From Candidatus Eiseniibacteriota bacterium (lineage in GTDB: Bacteria > Eisenbacteria > RBG-16-71-46 > CAIMUX01 > VGJL01), in NCBI GenBank assembly GCA_041946735.1, contig JBHGAY010000008.1, positions 99,891-163,890 on the forward strand: a stretch of DNA of 64,000 nucleotides, given 5' to 3'. Positions 19,959-29,500 of this stretch are shown one piece after another (the first letter of the stretch is position 1; the number at the start of each line of letters is the position of its first letter). Position numbers and translations under genes: made by a program. The notes under the pieces were generated by a model. It did not search any database. It saw only the letters and a list, made by a program, of their open reading frames with translations, and had not been told where the DNA came from.

Positions 19959-20614
19959 CGTGATTCTCCTGGGTCCTGCGTAACGGGCGCCTTGCTCAGC
20001 CCCTGGGGTCGTTGTGGGGGCAGGGGAGGCGGTTTCGGCGCGAGCGGCCGGAATCGCGGCTGGTGGGGATTGTGGCAGTGCGCGCAGAGAAGGTACTGCT
20101 TGTGGCCATCCCACTGGCCGCTGCGGCGTCCGTGCACTCCCGCCTTCCAGTCCCGCAGCTTCTCCCCGTGGCACTGCCCGCAGAGTCGGTAGGACTCCTC
20201 GAAGGAGATCCGCTCGCCGCTCGCGAGATGAAGGGAGTCGCGCTGGGCCGGGTCGTGGCAATCGAGGCACCAGCGATGCTCCTCGTCGTGTGCGAGGACG
20301 ATGTCGGGATGGGAGTCGGCCAGCTCGCGGCGAGTCGGGTTGGGCTCCATCCACGCGTGACAGTTCGAGCATGGGAAGATCCCATCGCTGAAGGGGGGCG
20401 GAGGCACCTCCACGCGCTCCTCGATCCCCTTCGCCCTGTCGCCGGCGGACGGAGACTCGGAAACCGTGGCCCGGGCCGGCGGCGTCGCGTTGGCCGCAAG
20501 CGCCCGTGACGAGGGCGCGGGGGTCTGTGCGGCGCGCACCGCGGCCACCAGGACGAGGACCAAGAGCCCGATCCCGAGAACGACTACGAGCCGGCCGACT
20601 CGCTCCCTGCGCAT
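19955..20614 (-). CDS. Tetraheme cytochrome c, N-terminally anchored or exported
   Basis: CSNCH, CLDCH, CGQCH, CAHCH; hydrophobic N-terminus. Confidence 0.9.
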   Translation of the reverse strand: MRRERVGRLVVVLGIGLLVLVLVAAVRAAQTPAPSSRALAANATPPARATVSESPSAGDRAKGIEERVEVPPPPFSDGIFPCSNCHAWMEPNPTRRELADSHPDIVLAHDEEHRWCLDCHDPAQRDSLHLASGERISFEESYRLCGQCHGEKLRDWKAGVHGRRSGQWDGHKQYLLCAHCHNPHQPRFRPLAPKPPPLPPQRPQGLSKAPVTQDPGESR

Positions 20615-20673
20615 TCGATTTCGCCCTCCCTCCGTCCCTGCTTGCTTCGCTCCCGGCCGCGCTTCTCCGTTGC

Positions 20674-21144
20674 TCAGGAGAAGCGGACCTCGACCGCGCG
20701 CTGCATCTCTCGCGCCCACATCGCCTGGAAGATCCCGAGGCGGCGGCCGATGACCCCGGCCAGGTTGTGGGTGACGCGCAGGCCGACGCCCGGGCGCGCC
20801 GCGAAGTGCTCGAGCATCTCGTCGCGCGGGAAGATCAAGACCTCGCTTTCGGATTTCGCCGTCGCCTTCAGCGTGAATCGGTAGGGAGGAACGAGCCCGG
20901 ACCAGCCGACCGTCTCCCCTGCGAGGCGCTCTTCGACGAGAATGTCTTCCTCCTCTCCGCGGACCTGGATCGGCAAGGTCAGCGCGATCCGGCCGCGCGT
21001 GAGGAGGTAGACCCGGTCGGCTGGATCGCCCAACCGGAAGAGGACCGTGCCGGCGGGGGCAGGGGCCCGAGACCCGAGGGCGAGGACCTCCTCCGTTTCC
21101 CGCGGCGTGAGGCCGTTCAGCAGATCGGTCTGCGGATGAGGCAT
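20674..21144 (-). CDS. Stand-alone cNMP-binding (Crp/Fnr sensory) domain protein
   Basis: 'GTVLFRLGDPADRVYLL.RG', 'GETVGWSGL'; no HTH. Confidence 0.8.
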   Translation of the reverse strand: MPHPQTDLLNGLTPRETEEVLALGSRAPAPAGTVLFRLGDPADRVYLLTRGRIALTLPIQVRGEEEDILVEERLAGETVGWSGLVPPYRFTLKATAKSESEVLIFPRDEMLEHFAARPGVGLRVTHNLAGVIGRRLGIFQAMWAREMQRAVEVRFS

Positions 21145-21160
21145 CGTGCTACCCCTTTCC

Positions 21161-21496
21161 TCACTGGAGAAGCGGCGAGGCGGTCGGCGAGTGCAGCCTC
21201 TCGCTCGTCGGAACGGCGAGGAAGGCCTCGGCGGCTGCCTGCTCGCACCGGACATGGCTCTCGATCTGGCTGAGAAGGACCTCGATCGGGAACCGGGAGG
21301 GCCGCGGGCGAGCTGCGACTAGCTGGCTGGCGAAGAACCGGGACGATCCGAACGCATCGAGCGTATCGGCCGTTTCAGCGGCTGCTGGGGCCTCGCGTTC
21401 GGCAGGGACTGAAGACCTTCCGACCCTAACGAAGAGGATCGATGTGAGCACCGTGATCGCGACACTCAGGCAGACGAGCACCAGAAACACCATCAT
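21161..21496 (-). CDS. Small single-TM hypothetical protein
   Basis: AAGGGGGAG RBS, MMVFLVLVCLSVAITVL...; first gene of the operon. Confidence 0.65.
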   Translation of the reverse strand: MMVFLVLVCLSVAITVLTSILFVRVGRSSVPAEREAPAAAETADTLDAFGSSRFFASQLVAARPRPSRFPIEVLLSQIESHVRCEQAAAEAFLAVPTSERLHSPTASPLLQ

Positions 21497-21563
21497 CGAA
21501 GCTCCCCCTTGTCCGTGGCTGCCCCCGTCGGAGCGCGAGAGACCGCATGTCGTCCTCGGCCCC

Positions 21564-21579
21564 AGCAAGTACGGGGCCA
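21564..21579 (-). promoter_or_regulatory. Sigma54 -24/-12 promoter
   Basis: Minus strand TGGCCCCGTACTTGCT (GG-N10-GC), ~70 bp upstream of the operon start. Confidence 0.7.
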
Positions 21580-21735
21580 GCGCCGCTTCGCTTCCGATCG
21601 AGTGGAAGGTGGGGGGCGAGCGTGCCGCCGCGCGGGACAGGGAAGTGGCGGTCCTCTCGCGATTGAGGAGGGGCGCGAGAAGCCGGACGGCGAGGGGGCC
21701 GGTCCGCGCGCGCAGTAGCGATTCCGTCCATCGCC

Positions 21736-21789
21736 TTGTGCATTCCTGCACAAAGCTGACAATCTGTCACCGTCTCTGACAATCCGTCA
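21736..21789. promoter_or_regulatory. Candidate enhancer (UAS) palindromes
   Basis: TTGTGCA-TTCC-TGCACAA (21736-21753); TGACA-ATC-TGTCA (21757-21769) and TGACA-ATC-CGTCA (21777-21789), starts 20 bp apart. Confidence 0.65.
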
Positions 21790-21914
21790 CGACGTCGCCC
21801 GAACCCCCCGCCCCGTTCCACCTCCTCACCCGCCGACACTTTCACGCGAGCGATAGCTCGAACGTTGACGATCGGCTCTCCGTGCTTCACCATCGGTGAC
21901 GCAAGAAGGTGCCG

Positions 21915-23915
21915 ATGAGACTTCGCCTGACGGACATGACGGTCGCGCTGGCCCTCGGCACAACCGCGGCCGTCATGATCGCGTGCGGCCTGGGCGCCTG
22001 GATTTACTCCCGACATCATTATCGAGACCTCCTCGAGACCGCGCGCAGCAGCGCGCGCTCCCAGAGCGAGATGATTCGCACGGCGCTCGAGCACCAGATG
22101 ATGGAGAACGATCGAAGCCTCATCGAGCCGCTGATCCAGAGCTTCCGCGGCGAGCCGGGAATCGAGGCGGTCGCGCTTCTCGATCGCGAGGGCCGGGCGC
22201 GCTACTCGAGCGTGCCGCTCGACCCGGGCAACGATCTGACGATCGGATCGCCCACGTGCCAGGCGTGCCATCGCTTCCCGCCCGAGCAGCGGCAGTCGAG
22301 CCGGGTGATCGAGGCCCGCGGCGGGACGGTGTTACGCACCGTTCTTCCGATACGGAACCAGCCGCGATGCCACGGATGCCACGATCCGGCGCAAAAGAGC
22401 AACGGCATCCTGATCGTCGATGCGGACGCCGGCGCGATGCGCGCTTCGCTCGACCGGGATCTGCGGTGGCTGACGATCACCAGCGGGGCGTTGATGTTCC
22501 TCTTGGTCGTCGGGATCGGCGTCGTCGTCCGGCTCGTCGTGATGCGCCGCCTGCAGCGTTTCGAGACCACCGCGCGCCGGATCGCGGCTGGCGACCTTGA
22601 TCGGCGCGTCCCGGCGACCGGCTCGGACACCATCGACTGGCTCGCCCGCGAGTTCAACTCGATGGCCGACTCGATGAGCGGATTGATCGGCCAGGTGCGC
22701 GACCAGAGGGAGCGCCTCGAGCGTGTGATCAACAGCATCGACGACGGGATCGTCGTCCTCGACCGGGATCGAAAGGTGATCGCGGCCAACGATGCATTCC
22801 TCCGGCGCACCGGGCACGATCGAGAAGAGATCGTGGGGTCCTGCTGCCGGAACGTCGCGGCGGGTGTGTGCGATGCGAGGGATTGCCCCACCCTCGCATG
22901 CCTCGCGAGGGGGGAGCGCTCGGTCCGAATTTGCGAGCGGCGGTCGAAGCAGGGCGAGGTCGCGTGGGAGGAGGTGCACTCCTCGCCGATACGCGGCCCG
23001 TCCGGAAACGTCCTGCAGGTCGTGGAGGTGTGGCGCGACATATCCGACCGGCGGGCGGCCGAGGCGCGCCTGGCCGAGTCGCACCGCCTCGCCTCGCTGG
23101 GGCTCCTCGCGTCGGGCTTCTCGCACGAAATGAACACGCCGCTCGCGACCGTGCTCGCCTGCGTCGAGGGGATTCTCCGCTCCGTCGAGTCGAACGAAGG
23201 GGGCGCGCCCGCGGGAGCCGCCGGCAACGGCGGAGAAGGAATTCGAGCCGGCGCCGCGACCGGCGGCATCGACTCCGAAGGCATCGTCGAGAACGCGCGG
23301 ACGGCGCGCGCCCAGCTCTTGCGCTGCCGGGACATCACCCGGCATTTCCTCCATCTGTCCCGCGGACGACCCTCCGAAGCCTACTTCGTCGACGTCGATG
23401 CCGCGATCGGCTCGGTCGTTCCCCTGATCGCCCCGGCAGCGCGCGAGCATCGTGTCGACATCCGCGTGGAGGAGACCGCCGGGAACGCGCGCGTGCGCGT
23501 CGACGACGCCGCGCTCCAGCAGGTCCTTCTGAACCTGCTGCTCAACGCCGTGCAAGCCTCCCCTCAGGGCGGCGAGGTGCGGGTGCGTGTCGTGCGGGGG
23601 GATCCGGTCCGCATTCGTATCGCGGACGACGGTTGCGGAATCGCTCGCGAAGACCAGAAGCGAATCTTCGAGCCGTTCTGCAGCCTGCGTCGTGGCGGGA
23701 CAGGCCTCGGCCTCTTCCTGTCCCTCAACTTCGCGCGCGGCTGGGGGGGAGACATTCGCGTAGAGAGCGACCTCGGCCGTGGATCGGTTTTCGAGATCCT
23801 CATTCCTGAAGCGGCCCCGGCATCGCCATTAGCAGTGGCCCCGGCATCGTCACCGGCAGCGGAAAGGCTTTCGAACGTGGCTCCCGGCCATGCCGCGGTG
23901 AAAGAGACCCCATGA
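21915..23915 (+). CDS. Sensor histidine kinase (periplasmic 2x CxxCH, HAMP, PAS, HisKA, HATPase)
   Basis: CQACH and CHGCH between two TM helices; 'SHEMNTPL' H-box; N/G boxes. Confidence 0.9.
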   Translation: MRLRLTDMTVALALGTTAAVMIACGLGAWIYSRHHYRDLLETARSSARSQSEMIRTALEHQMMENDRSLIEPLIQSFRGEPGIEAVALLDREGRARYSSVPLDPGNDLTIGSPTCQACHRFPPEQRQSSRVIEARGGTVLRTVLPIRNQPRCHGCHDPAQKSNGILIVDADAGAMRASLDRDLRWLTITSGALMFLLVVGIGVVVRLVVMRRLQRFETTARRIAAGDLDRRVPATGSDTIDWLAREFNSMADSMSGLIGQVRDQRERLERVINSIDDGIVVLDRDRKVIAANDAFLRRTGHDREEIVGSCCRNVAAGVCDARDCPTLACLARGERSVRICERRSKQGEVAWEEVHSSPIRGPSGNVLQVVEVWRDISDRRAAEARLAESHRLASLGLLASGFSHEMNTPLATVLACVEGILRSVESNEGGAPAGAAGNGGEGIRAGAATGGIDSEGIVENARTARAQLLRCRDITRHFLHLSRGRPSEAYFVDVDAAIGSVVPLIAPAAREHRVDIRVEETAGNARVRVDDAALQQVLLNLLLNAVQASPQGGEVRVRVVRGDPVRIRIADDGCGIAREDQKRIFEPFCSLRRGGTGLGLFLSLNFARGWGGDIRVESDLGRGSVFEILIPEAAPASPLAVAPASSPAAERLSNVAPGHAAVKETP

Positions 23916-25279
23916 AGACCGCCGTCTCGCTGCTCGTCATCGACGACGACGAGACATTCGGCCGCGTCCTGGCGAGGGAGCTGGAGCGGCGAGGCTTCGA
24001 GGTCGCGACGGCGATCTCGGGAGGCGACGGTATCGCTCGGGCGATACAGGTCGAGCCGGCCGTGGTCCTCCTCGACCTGCGGCTTCCCGATATGGACGGG
24101 CTCGAGGTGCTTCAGGCGCTGCGCGAGCGATGTCCGGGGACGGAGGTCATCCTGCTCACGGGGCATGGATCGATCGACACGGCGATCGCCTCGGTCCGCG
24201 CCGGGGCCTTCGACTACGCGGTCAAGCCGTGCCCCCTCGATGAACTGGAGGTGCGGATCCAGAAGGCGCTCGAGCGGCAGTTCCTCAGCCGGCGCGCGCG
24301 TCTCCTGGAGCGCGGGCTCACCCCGCCCGACCCGGCCGGCTCGTTCCGCGGCGAGAGCGATGCCTTTCGCGATCTGATTCGCCGCATCGAGCGCGTGGCG
24401 GCCAGCGACTCCACGGTCCTTTTGGTCGGGGAGACCGGTTCCGGAAAGGAGATGGCCGCCAAGCTGCTGCACGCCCGCAGCCCGCGCGCCGCCAGGCCGT
24501 TCGTCGTCGTCGACTGCGCGGGGCTGCAGGAAGGGCTTCTCCAGAGCGAGCTGTTCGGCCACGAGCGCGGCGCGTTCACGGGAGCCGATCGCGCGAAGCC
24601 CGGCCTCTTCGAGGTCGCCCACGGCGGCACGATCTTCTTGGACGAGATCGGCGAGGTGAGCCATGCGACGCAGGTGAAGTTGCTGCGTGTCCTCGACACC
24701 GCAACGTTCCGCCATGTCGGAGGGACGAAGGAGATCCAGGTCGACGTGCGGATCCTCGCGGCCACGAACCGCGACCTCGTGGAGATGGTCGCGGACGGCC
24801 GTTTCCGCGAGGACCTCTACTACCGTCTCAGCACGATCACGATCGATCTGCCGCCGTTGAGAGAGAGGCGGGTCGATATCGATCTGCTCGCCGAACATTT
24901 CGTTTCGCTGCTGAACGATCGATACGGGACGGTGAGACGCATCGGAGCCGCCACGCTCGAGACGCTTCGCCGCTACGACTGGCCCGGCAACGTGCGCGAG
25001 CTGCTCCACGTCATCGAGTCGTCGATGATCGTCTGCGAAGGATCGGAGATCCTGCCGGAACACCTACCGGCTTCGCTGCGCCGGCTCGCGGCGCCGCCGG
25101 GACCTGCGCCGCGAGGGCCGGAGCGCGACCATCTTCCCACACTGAAGGAGATGGAGCGCGCGCACATCGAGCGCGCGCTCGGAGCTTCGGCCGGCCACCG
25201 GGGGAATGCCGCCCGCGCGCTCGGAATCAGCGAACGCAACCTCTATCGGAAGCTTCGCGAGTACGGCCTGATGGAGTAG
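23912..25279 (+). CDS. Sigma54-dependent response regulator (NtrC/AtoC family)
   Basis: Receiver domain, 'GETGSGKE', 'GAFTGA', C-terminal Fis-type HTH. Confidence 0.95.
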   Translation: MKTAVSLLVIDDDETFGRVLARELERRGFEVATAISGGDGIARAIQVEPAVVLLDLRLPDMDGLEVLQALRERCPGTEVILLTGHGSIDTAIASVRAGAFDYAVKPCPLDELEVRIQKALERQFLSRRARLLERGLTPPDPAGSFRGESDAFRDLIRRIERVAASDSTVLLVGETGSGKEMAAKLLHARSPRAARPFVVVDCAGLQEGLLQSELFGHERGAFTGADRAKPGLFEVAHGGTIFLDEIGEVSHATQVKLLRVLDTATFRHVGGTKEIQVDVRILAATNRDLVEMVADGRFREDLYYRLSTITIDLPPLRERRVDIDLLAEHFVSLLNDRYGTVRRIGAATLETLRRYDWPGNVRELLHVIESSMIVCEGSEILPEHLPASLRRLAAPPGPAPRGPERDHLPTLKEMERAHIERALGASAGHRGNAARALGISERNLYRKLREYGLME

Positions 25280-25669
25280 CAGCTGTGTGTCGCCGCGCCC
25301 CTCGACCCGCCGACGCTCGCCGGGGCAAGCCGGATAGGAGTGACGCCTCGTCAGCCTAACCACTCGCCGGGGAATATGTTGCCGGAAGGCGGGAGCGCGT
25401 GCGGAAGCGGGCGCATCGGGACGGCGCTGCGCCGGGACACGGCGTGCCGGATCCGCCGCGGCGCCCGGATTTCGAAGCCGGGCCAGAGGTTGCACCTTCC
25501 GAGCGTGGATGAACGCGCTATACTTTGTGGCGCAGCAGCCATGAGTGGCTGTTCTGTCGCTCCCTGGCCCGAGCCTCTGGCTTGCTGTCTCCGTCGAGGC
25601 GCGGGTCGAGAATGGAACGACCGCGAGCAAGCGTTTCAGCGACCGGGACTTCACGAAGGAGGTGCGCTT

Positions 25670-26671
25670 GTGGTGTTGGTAAGGCGATTCGCGGTTCTCG
25701 GACTCTTCATCATGCTCGCGGCTGTCGCAATTGTTTCGACCGCGAGCGCTCAGCTCGATGGGCGCACGAACGAGACCGGAGGAGATCGTGACGTCTCCGG
25801 CCAGACGGTACGCACCCATCTGTATGGGACCCCCGGCAACTGCCTCCGTGTCGTGACGGCGGGTGTGCAAACGCGCAATGCGGACCCGGCGCCTCCCACG
25901 GCAGGCGGCTCGATCGTCCTTCCTGCTGGGCCGGAGGCGGGGAATGTCGTTTGGGCCGGACTCTACTGGGAGATCCTTGGCAGTACGGCTCCGGTCAACG
26001 CCGTGACGCTGAACGGGTCGGCCGTGACTCCCGTCGCTCTCCCCGTCACCGCCTCGCCGTGCTGGCCCGAGGCCAACGCCTATCCGTTCTTCGCCGATGT
26101 GACAGGGCTCGTCGTCGCCGGCGTCAACGTCGTCGCCGGGCTCGATGACAGCGGAACGCTGGCTGTCGGTCCCGAGAGCGAGGGAGCATCCCTGGTCGTC
26201 GTGTATCAGGGGGACCAGACGAGCGGCAGCGCGTGCGAGATCATCGTGACCGACGGAAACGATCTGACCCGTCTGAGCGGGCAATCGTACGAGAACCTGC
26301 TTCCGGTCTCGTGCGGAGATGACGTCGCGGCGACGTTGACGTTCCTCGGCGCCGACGGCCAGACCGGAATCCACGGGTTCGCGCCGGACGATCAGCTCTG
26401 GAACCACGTGGTTCTCTCGGGCAGTCAGGACGACTGGAATGCCAGCGATCCGGACGCTCCGGGCGCCGAGGCCGAGCTGGGCTGGGACACCGACTCCTGG
26501 GCCGTCACGACGGGCGGGTCGAACGTCGCGGCGATCGACATCCCGCTCCTCGGCGGGCCGGGCGACTGCGTGAACTGGATTGCCACCGTGCTCGAGGTGG
26601 GTGTCGGCGAGTGCCTGCCGACGCCGACGCGGAGCAGCACGTGGGGTGAGATCAAGGCGATCTATCGCTAG
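25670..26671 (+). CDS. Secreted hypothetical protein with C-terminal 'STWGEIKAIYR' motif
   Basis: AAGGAGG RBS before GTG 25670; signal peptide ending ASA; 'WAGLYW' segment reminiscent of DUF3344-type proteins (unverified). Confidence 0.75.
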   Translation: MVLVRRFAVLGLFIMLAAVAIVSTASAQLDGRTNETGGDRDVSGQTVRTHLYGTPGNCLRVVTAGVQTRNADPAPPTAGGSIVLPAGPEAGNVVWAGLYWEILGSTAPVNAVTLNGSAVTPVALPVTASPCWPEANAYPFFADVTGLVVAGVNVVAGLDDSGTLAVGPESEGASLVVVYQGDQTSGSACEIIVTDGNDLTRLSGQSYENLLPVSCGDDVAATLTFLGADGQTGIHGFAPDDQLWNHVVLSGSQDDWNASDPDAPGAEAELGWDTDSWAVTTGGSNVAAIDIPLLGGPGDCVNWIATVLEVGVGECLPTPTRSSTWGEIKAIYR

Positions 26672-26724
26672 ACACGAGACGAGCGCGCCGATCCCTGCCG
26701 GCAGGCGAGAGACCGGCTCCTCGC

Positions 26725-26775
26725 GATAGAGAAGAAGATCCTCCAGGTTTCCGGCCTGGAGGATCCTTCTCTATC
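26725..26775. terminator. Long hairpin between convergent genes
   Basis: GATAGAGAAG(AA)GATCCTCCAGG-loop-CCTGGAGGATCCTTCTCTATC. Confidence 0.7.
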
Positions 26776-26830
26776 ACGGCGTTTCGCGCATGCGGCCGGG
26801 TCCGCCGCTTGCGCACCAAGCCCCGGTCGG

Positions 26831-27442
26831 TCAGCTCCGCTGCTGCCCGTCCGCATGCCCGGCTCCCGAACGCGCTCTCCACTCCGATTGAAGGATGGCG
26901 AAGACCAGGTCGCCGGCCCAGGCTCCCTTGAACCAGAGGCTCTCCTGGAAGTGCGCCTCCTGTCGCATACCGAGACGACGGAGCAAGGCGATCGAGGGGG
27001 AGTTGCGCGGATCGACCGAAGCGTAGACGCGATGTTTGTTCATCGGGCCGAAGAGATGGTCGAGCAACGCGGTGACCGCCTCGGTCGCAAAGCCCCGGCG
27101 CTGATACGCCGGCGAGATGGTGAACCCGATCTCGACCTGGCATCGCTGGTCGGCCGGAAAGTGGACGCCGATGTCGCCGACGAGCGTTCCGGGACGAGCT
27201 GCCTCGAGAGGGCGGATCGCGATCTGAAACCAGGTTCCGGGCGTCGCGAACTCGACGACTGCGAGATCGCCGAGAAACGCGACGACCTCGTCGAGCGAAG
27301 CAGGCTCCCACGACTGGTAGCGGCATACCTCCGGGTCCGACCTGTACGCGAAGAGCGCGGGGGCGTCCTCGGCGTGGAACGAATCCAGGATCAATCGCCG
27401 GGTGCGAATGACCTGCGAGGGGAAGGCTCGGAAAGCGGCCAT
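26831..27442 (-). CDS. GNAT N-acetyltransferase (RimJ/RimL family)
   Basis: 'EIGFTISPAYQRRGFATEA', 'N.PSIALLRRLGM..E'. Confidence 0.9.
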   Translation of the reverse strand: MAAFRAFPSQVIRTRRLILDSFHAEDAPALFAYRSDPEVCRYQSWEPASLDEVVAFLGDLAVVEFATPGTWFQIAIRPLEAARPGTLVGDIGVHFPADQRCQVEIGFTISPAYQRRGFATEAVTALLDHLFGPMNKHRVYASVDPRNSPSIALLRRLGMRQEAHFQESLWFKGAWAGDLVFAILQSEWRARSGAGHADGQQRS

Positions 27443-27687
27443 CGTGCTCCTCTAGGCGGCCATCATGCTCTCCTCACGCTCCGGGCCTCGAAGCCGAGAG
27501 GCGAACTGACAGGTGCCGTGCGATGGGGATGATACAGCCTCTCCCGAGTCGCGGCCGCGCGCCGGCGCAGGTTGCAGAAGGGCCGCGCCGGTCGAATGCC
27601 GTGCGCGGCTCCCCTGTTGGAGGCTCCGGGGGTCGTCCGGCGCTCCTGAATCGGGCTCGGTGCGAGATCCGGCCTCTTCCGATCCGG

Positions 27688-29196
27688 TCAGGGATCGACC
27701 TTCACGATCCTCGCGGTCGCCGTCTGGCCGGCCGTCGTCAGCCGGCAGAAGTAGACGCCGGCCGGCACGGACCGGCCTTCCTCGTCCTTGCCGTCCCAAA
27801 CGAGCGAGTGATCGCCCGCCCGCTGGGACCGCATCGTCAACGTTTGAATCATCCGGCCGCCCACGTCGTGAATCGCGAGCTCGACGGGCGTCTCGTCCAC
27901 GACCCGGTAGCGGATCACCGCCGAGGTGGAGATCGGATTCGGCTGGACGAGGACACGGGCCGCCAGCTCGCTGACGGGGGTCCCATCGTCCACGCCAGTC
28001 GGGTAGAGCCCATGCGGACCCGGTCCCCAAGGAGTGACGCCGTGGCAGACGGAGCAGGTGCGTAGCGTCCCGGCGTGGCCCTGCAACGCAACCGTCTGGC
28101 GGTTGTCACGCTCTTCGCGTGAAGGAAGGATCGCATGGGTGCTGTTGTGGCACGCCTCGCAGTAGAGACCGCCGTGACCGTTGTTCGAGAACCGGTAGAG
28201 AGTAGCGGGCTCCTCGGCATACGCGGGGCCATGGCAGTCGCCGCACCGCGGTTCCTCGAGCCAAGGCTCGCGTCCCAGTTCGTCGATCGAGTAGGCGACC
28301 TGCGCCACCGAGCCATGGCAGTCCTGGCAGACCATTCCGTGTTCCTGCGACATGACGTCCCGCAGGCATTGCGTGTGGGGGCCCGGGTGGCAGGTGTAGC
28401 AGTCGTTCGTGACCTCGCCGTGCTGCTCGTGCATGGCGAGCGAGAGGCTGGGAAGGTTGGGATTACCGGGCAAGCCCAGAGCGTTGCTCGCGTGGCAATC
28501 GGCGCACAACACCGGCCGTGAGTTGTAGAGCTGGGTGCCGTTCTCGTCGTCATGAAGCCTCAGGATCGCTTGCTCGACCGTCTCCCCCGGGTCCGGATGG
28601 TGACATTCTGAGCACAGCATCTCAGTGCTCACCGGAGCGACGATTTCGGTCGCCGCCAGAAGATGGTTCTCCGCGTCGTATGCGTCGATCTGCATGAGCT
28701 GAAACGGTTGCTCGTGCTGAAGGTCGGCGTCGTCCCATGGAGTGAGCGGGATTCCTGCGGCCTCGAAGTGATCGGTCGTCCAGTCGATCGTCCCGGTCAG
28801 CCCTCGTCCCGTCAGACCGATGTTCGCAGGGAGCGAAACCCCAAAGAGCTGATCCTCCCAGGACCAGAAGTCGGTCTTGCCGGCGGAGTAGGTGTTCGCG
28901 TCGAAGCGATAGGTGAGCCGGTAGCCGGGACCGCCCAGGACGACCGGGACATGGCTGGCGTCTCCGCGCTGGATCAGCGTGGCCCAGACGGTATTGAAGG
29001 GCGGGAGGACACAAAGGTCCGCGAAGTTCCTGTTCATGCAGTGCATCCCTAGATCGTTCCATCCGAGAACGATGTAGGGACCGAGGTCGGTTCGGTCGGA
29101 TGCACCGGCAGCGGGGGTGCAGATTCCGGCGAGCAAGAGCAACTGCGCGGCGAACCGGATCGACGACCGAAGAGAGGCGCAAGAGCGACGCGCCAT
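27688..29196 (-). CDS. Heptaheme cytochrome c with C-terminal FlgD Ig-like (T9SS CTD-like) domain
   Basis: Signal peptide, 'GWNDLGMHC', seven CxxCH motifs, tail 'QPNP...IHDVGGR...WDGKD...AGVYFCRL'. Confidence 0.9.
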   Translation of the reverse strand: MARRSCASLRSSIRFAAQLLLLAGICTPAAGASDRTDLGPYIVLGWNDLGMHCMNRNFADLCVLPPFNTVWATLIQRGDASHVPVVLGGPGYRLTYRFDANTYSAGKTDFWSWEDQLFGVSLPANIGLTGRGLTGTIDWTTDHFEAAGIPLTPWDDADLQHEQPFQLMQIDAYDAENHLLAATEIVAPVSTEMLCSECHHPDPGETVEQAILRLHDDENGTQLYNSRPVLCADCHASNALGLPGNPNLPSLSLAMHEQHGEVTNDCYTCHPGPHTQCLRDVMSQEHGMVCQDCHGSVAQVAYSIDELGREPWLEEPRCGDCHGPAYAEEPATLYRFSNNGHGGLYCEACHNSTHAILPSREERDNRQTVALQGHAGTLRTCSVCHGVTPWGPGPHGLYPTGVDDGTPVSELAARVLVQPNPISTSAVIRYRVVDETPVELAIHDVGGRMIQTLTMRSQRAGDHSLVWDGKDEEGRSVPAGVYFCRLTTAGQTATARIVKVDP

Positions 29197-29500
29197 CGTC
29201 TCCTCCAGGTTTCAGTGCCGTGGAAAGGCGGCGGCGCTTGCACGGCTTGCGCCGCCATTGCAGCATCTATCGTCAACCGGCGGTCGGCGGCGCTCGCGGG
29301 GAAAGAACGAGGGGCCCTCGATTGCGTCGTTGGCCCCCCTCCCTCGAACGTCCCTTTTGTCGGCGATGTCGACGATACAAACAAACAGCGCCCGATTCCC
29401 TTCGAAAATCGAGCGCACGCCGAGTTTTTGATTGCTCTCGTGTAATCCCGAGAAGCCGGTGCGGCGGCGTTACCTCAGAACGAGGCCGTTCCCCTGCGGT

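Noticed and set aside
17621..20614. Evidence for dissimilatory sulfite reduction (dsrJOP)
   Set aside because: DsrP-like similarity only; dsrMK and dsrAB are absent from the window
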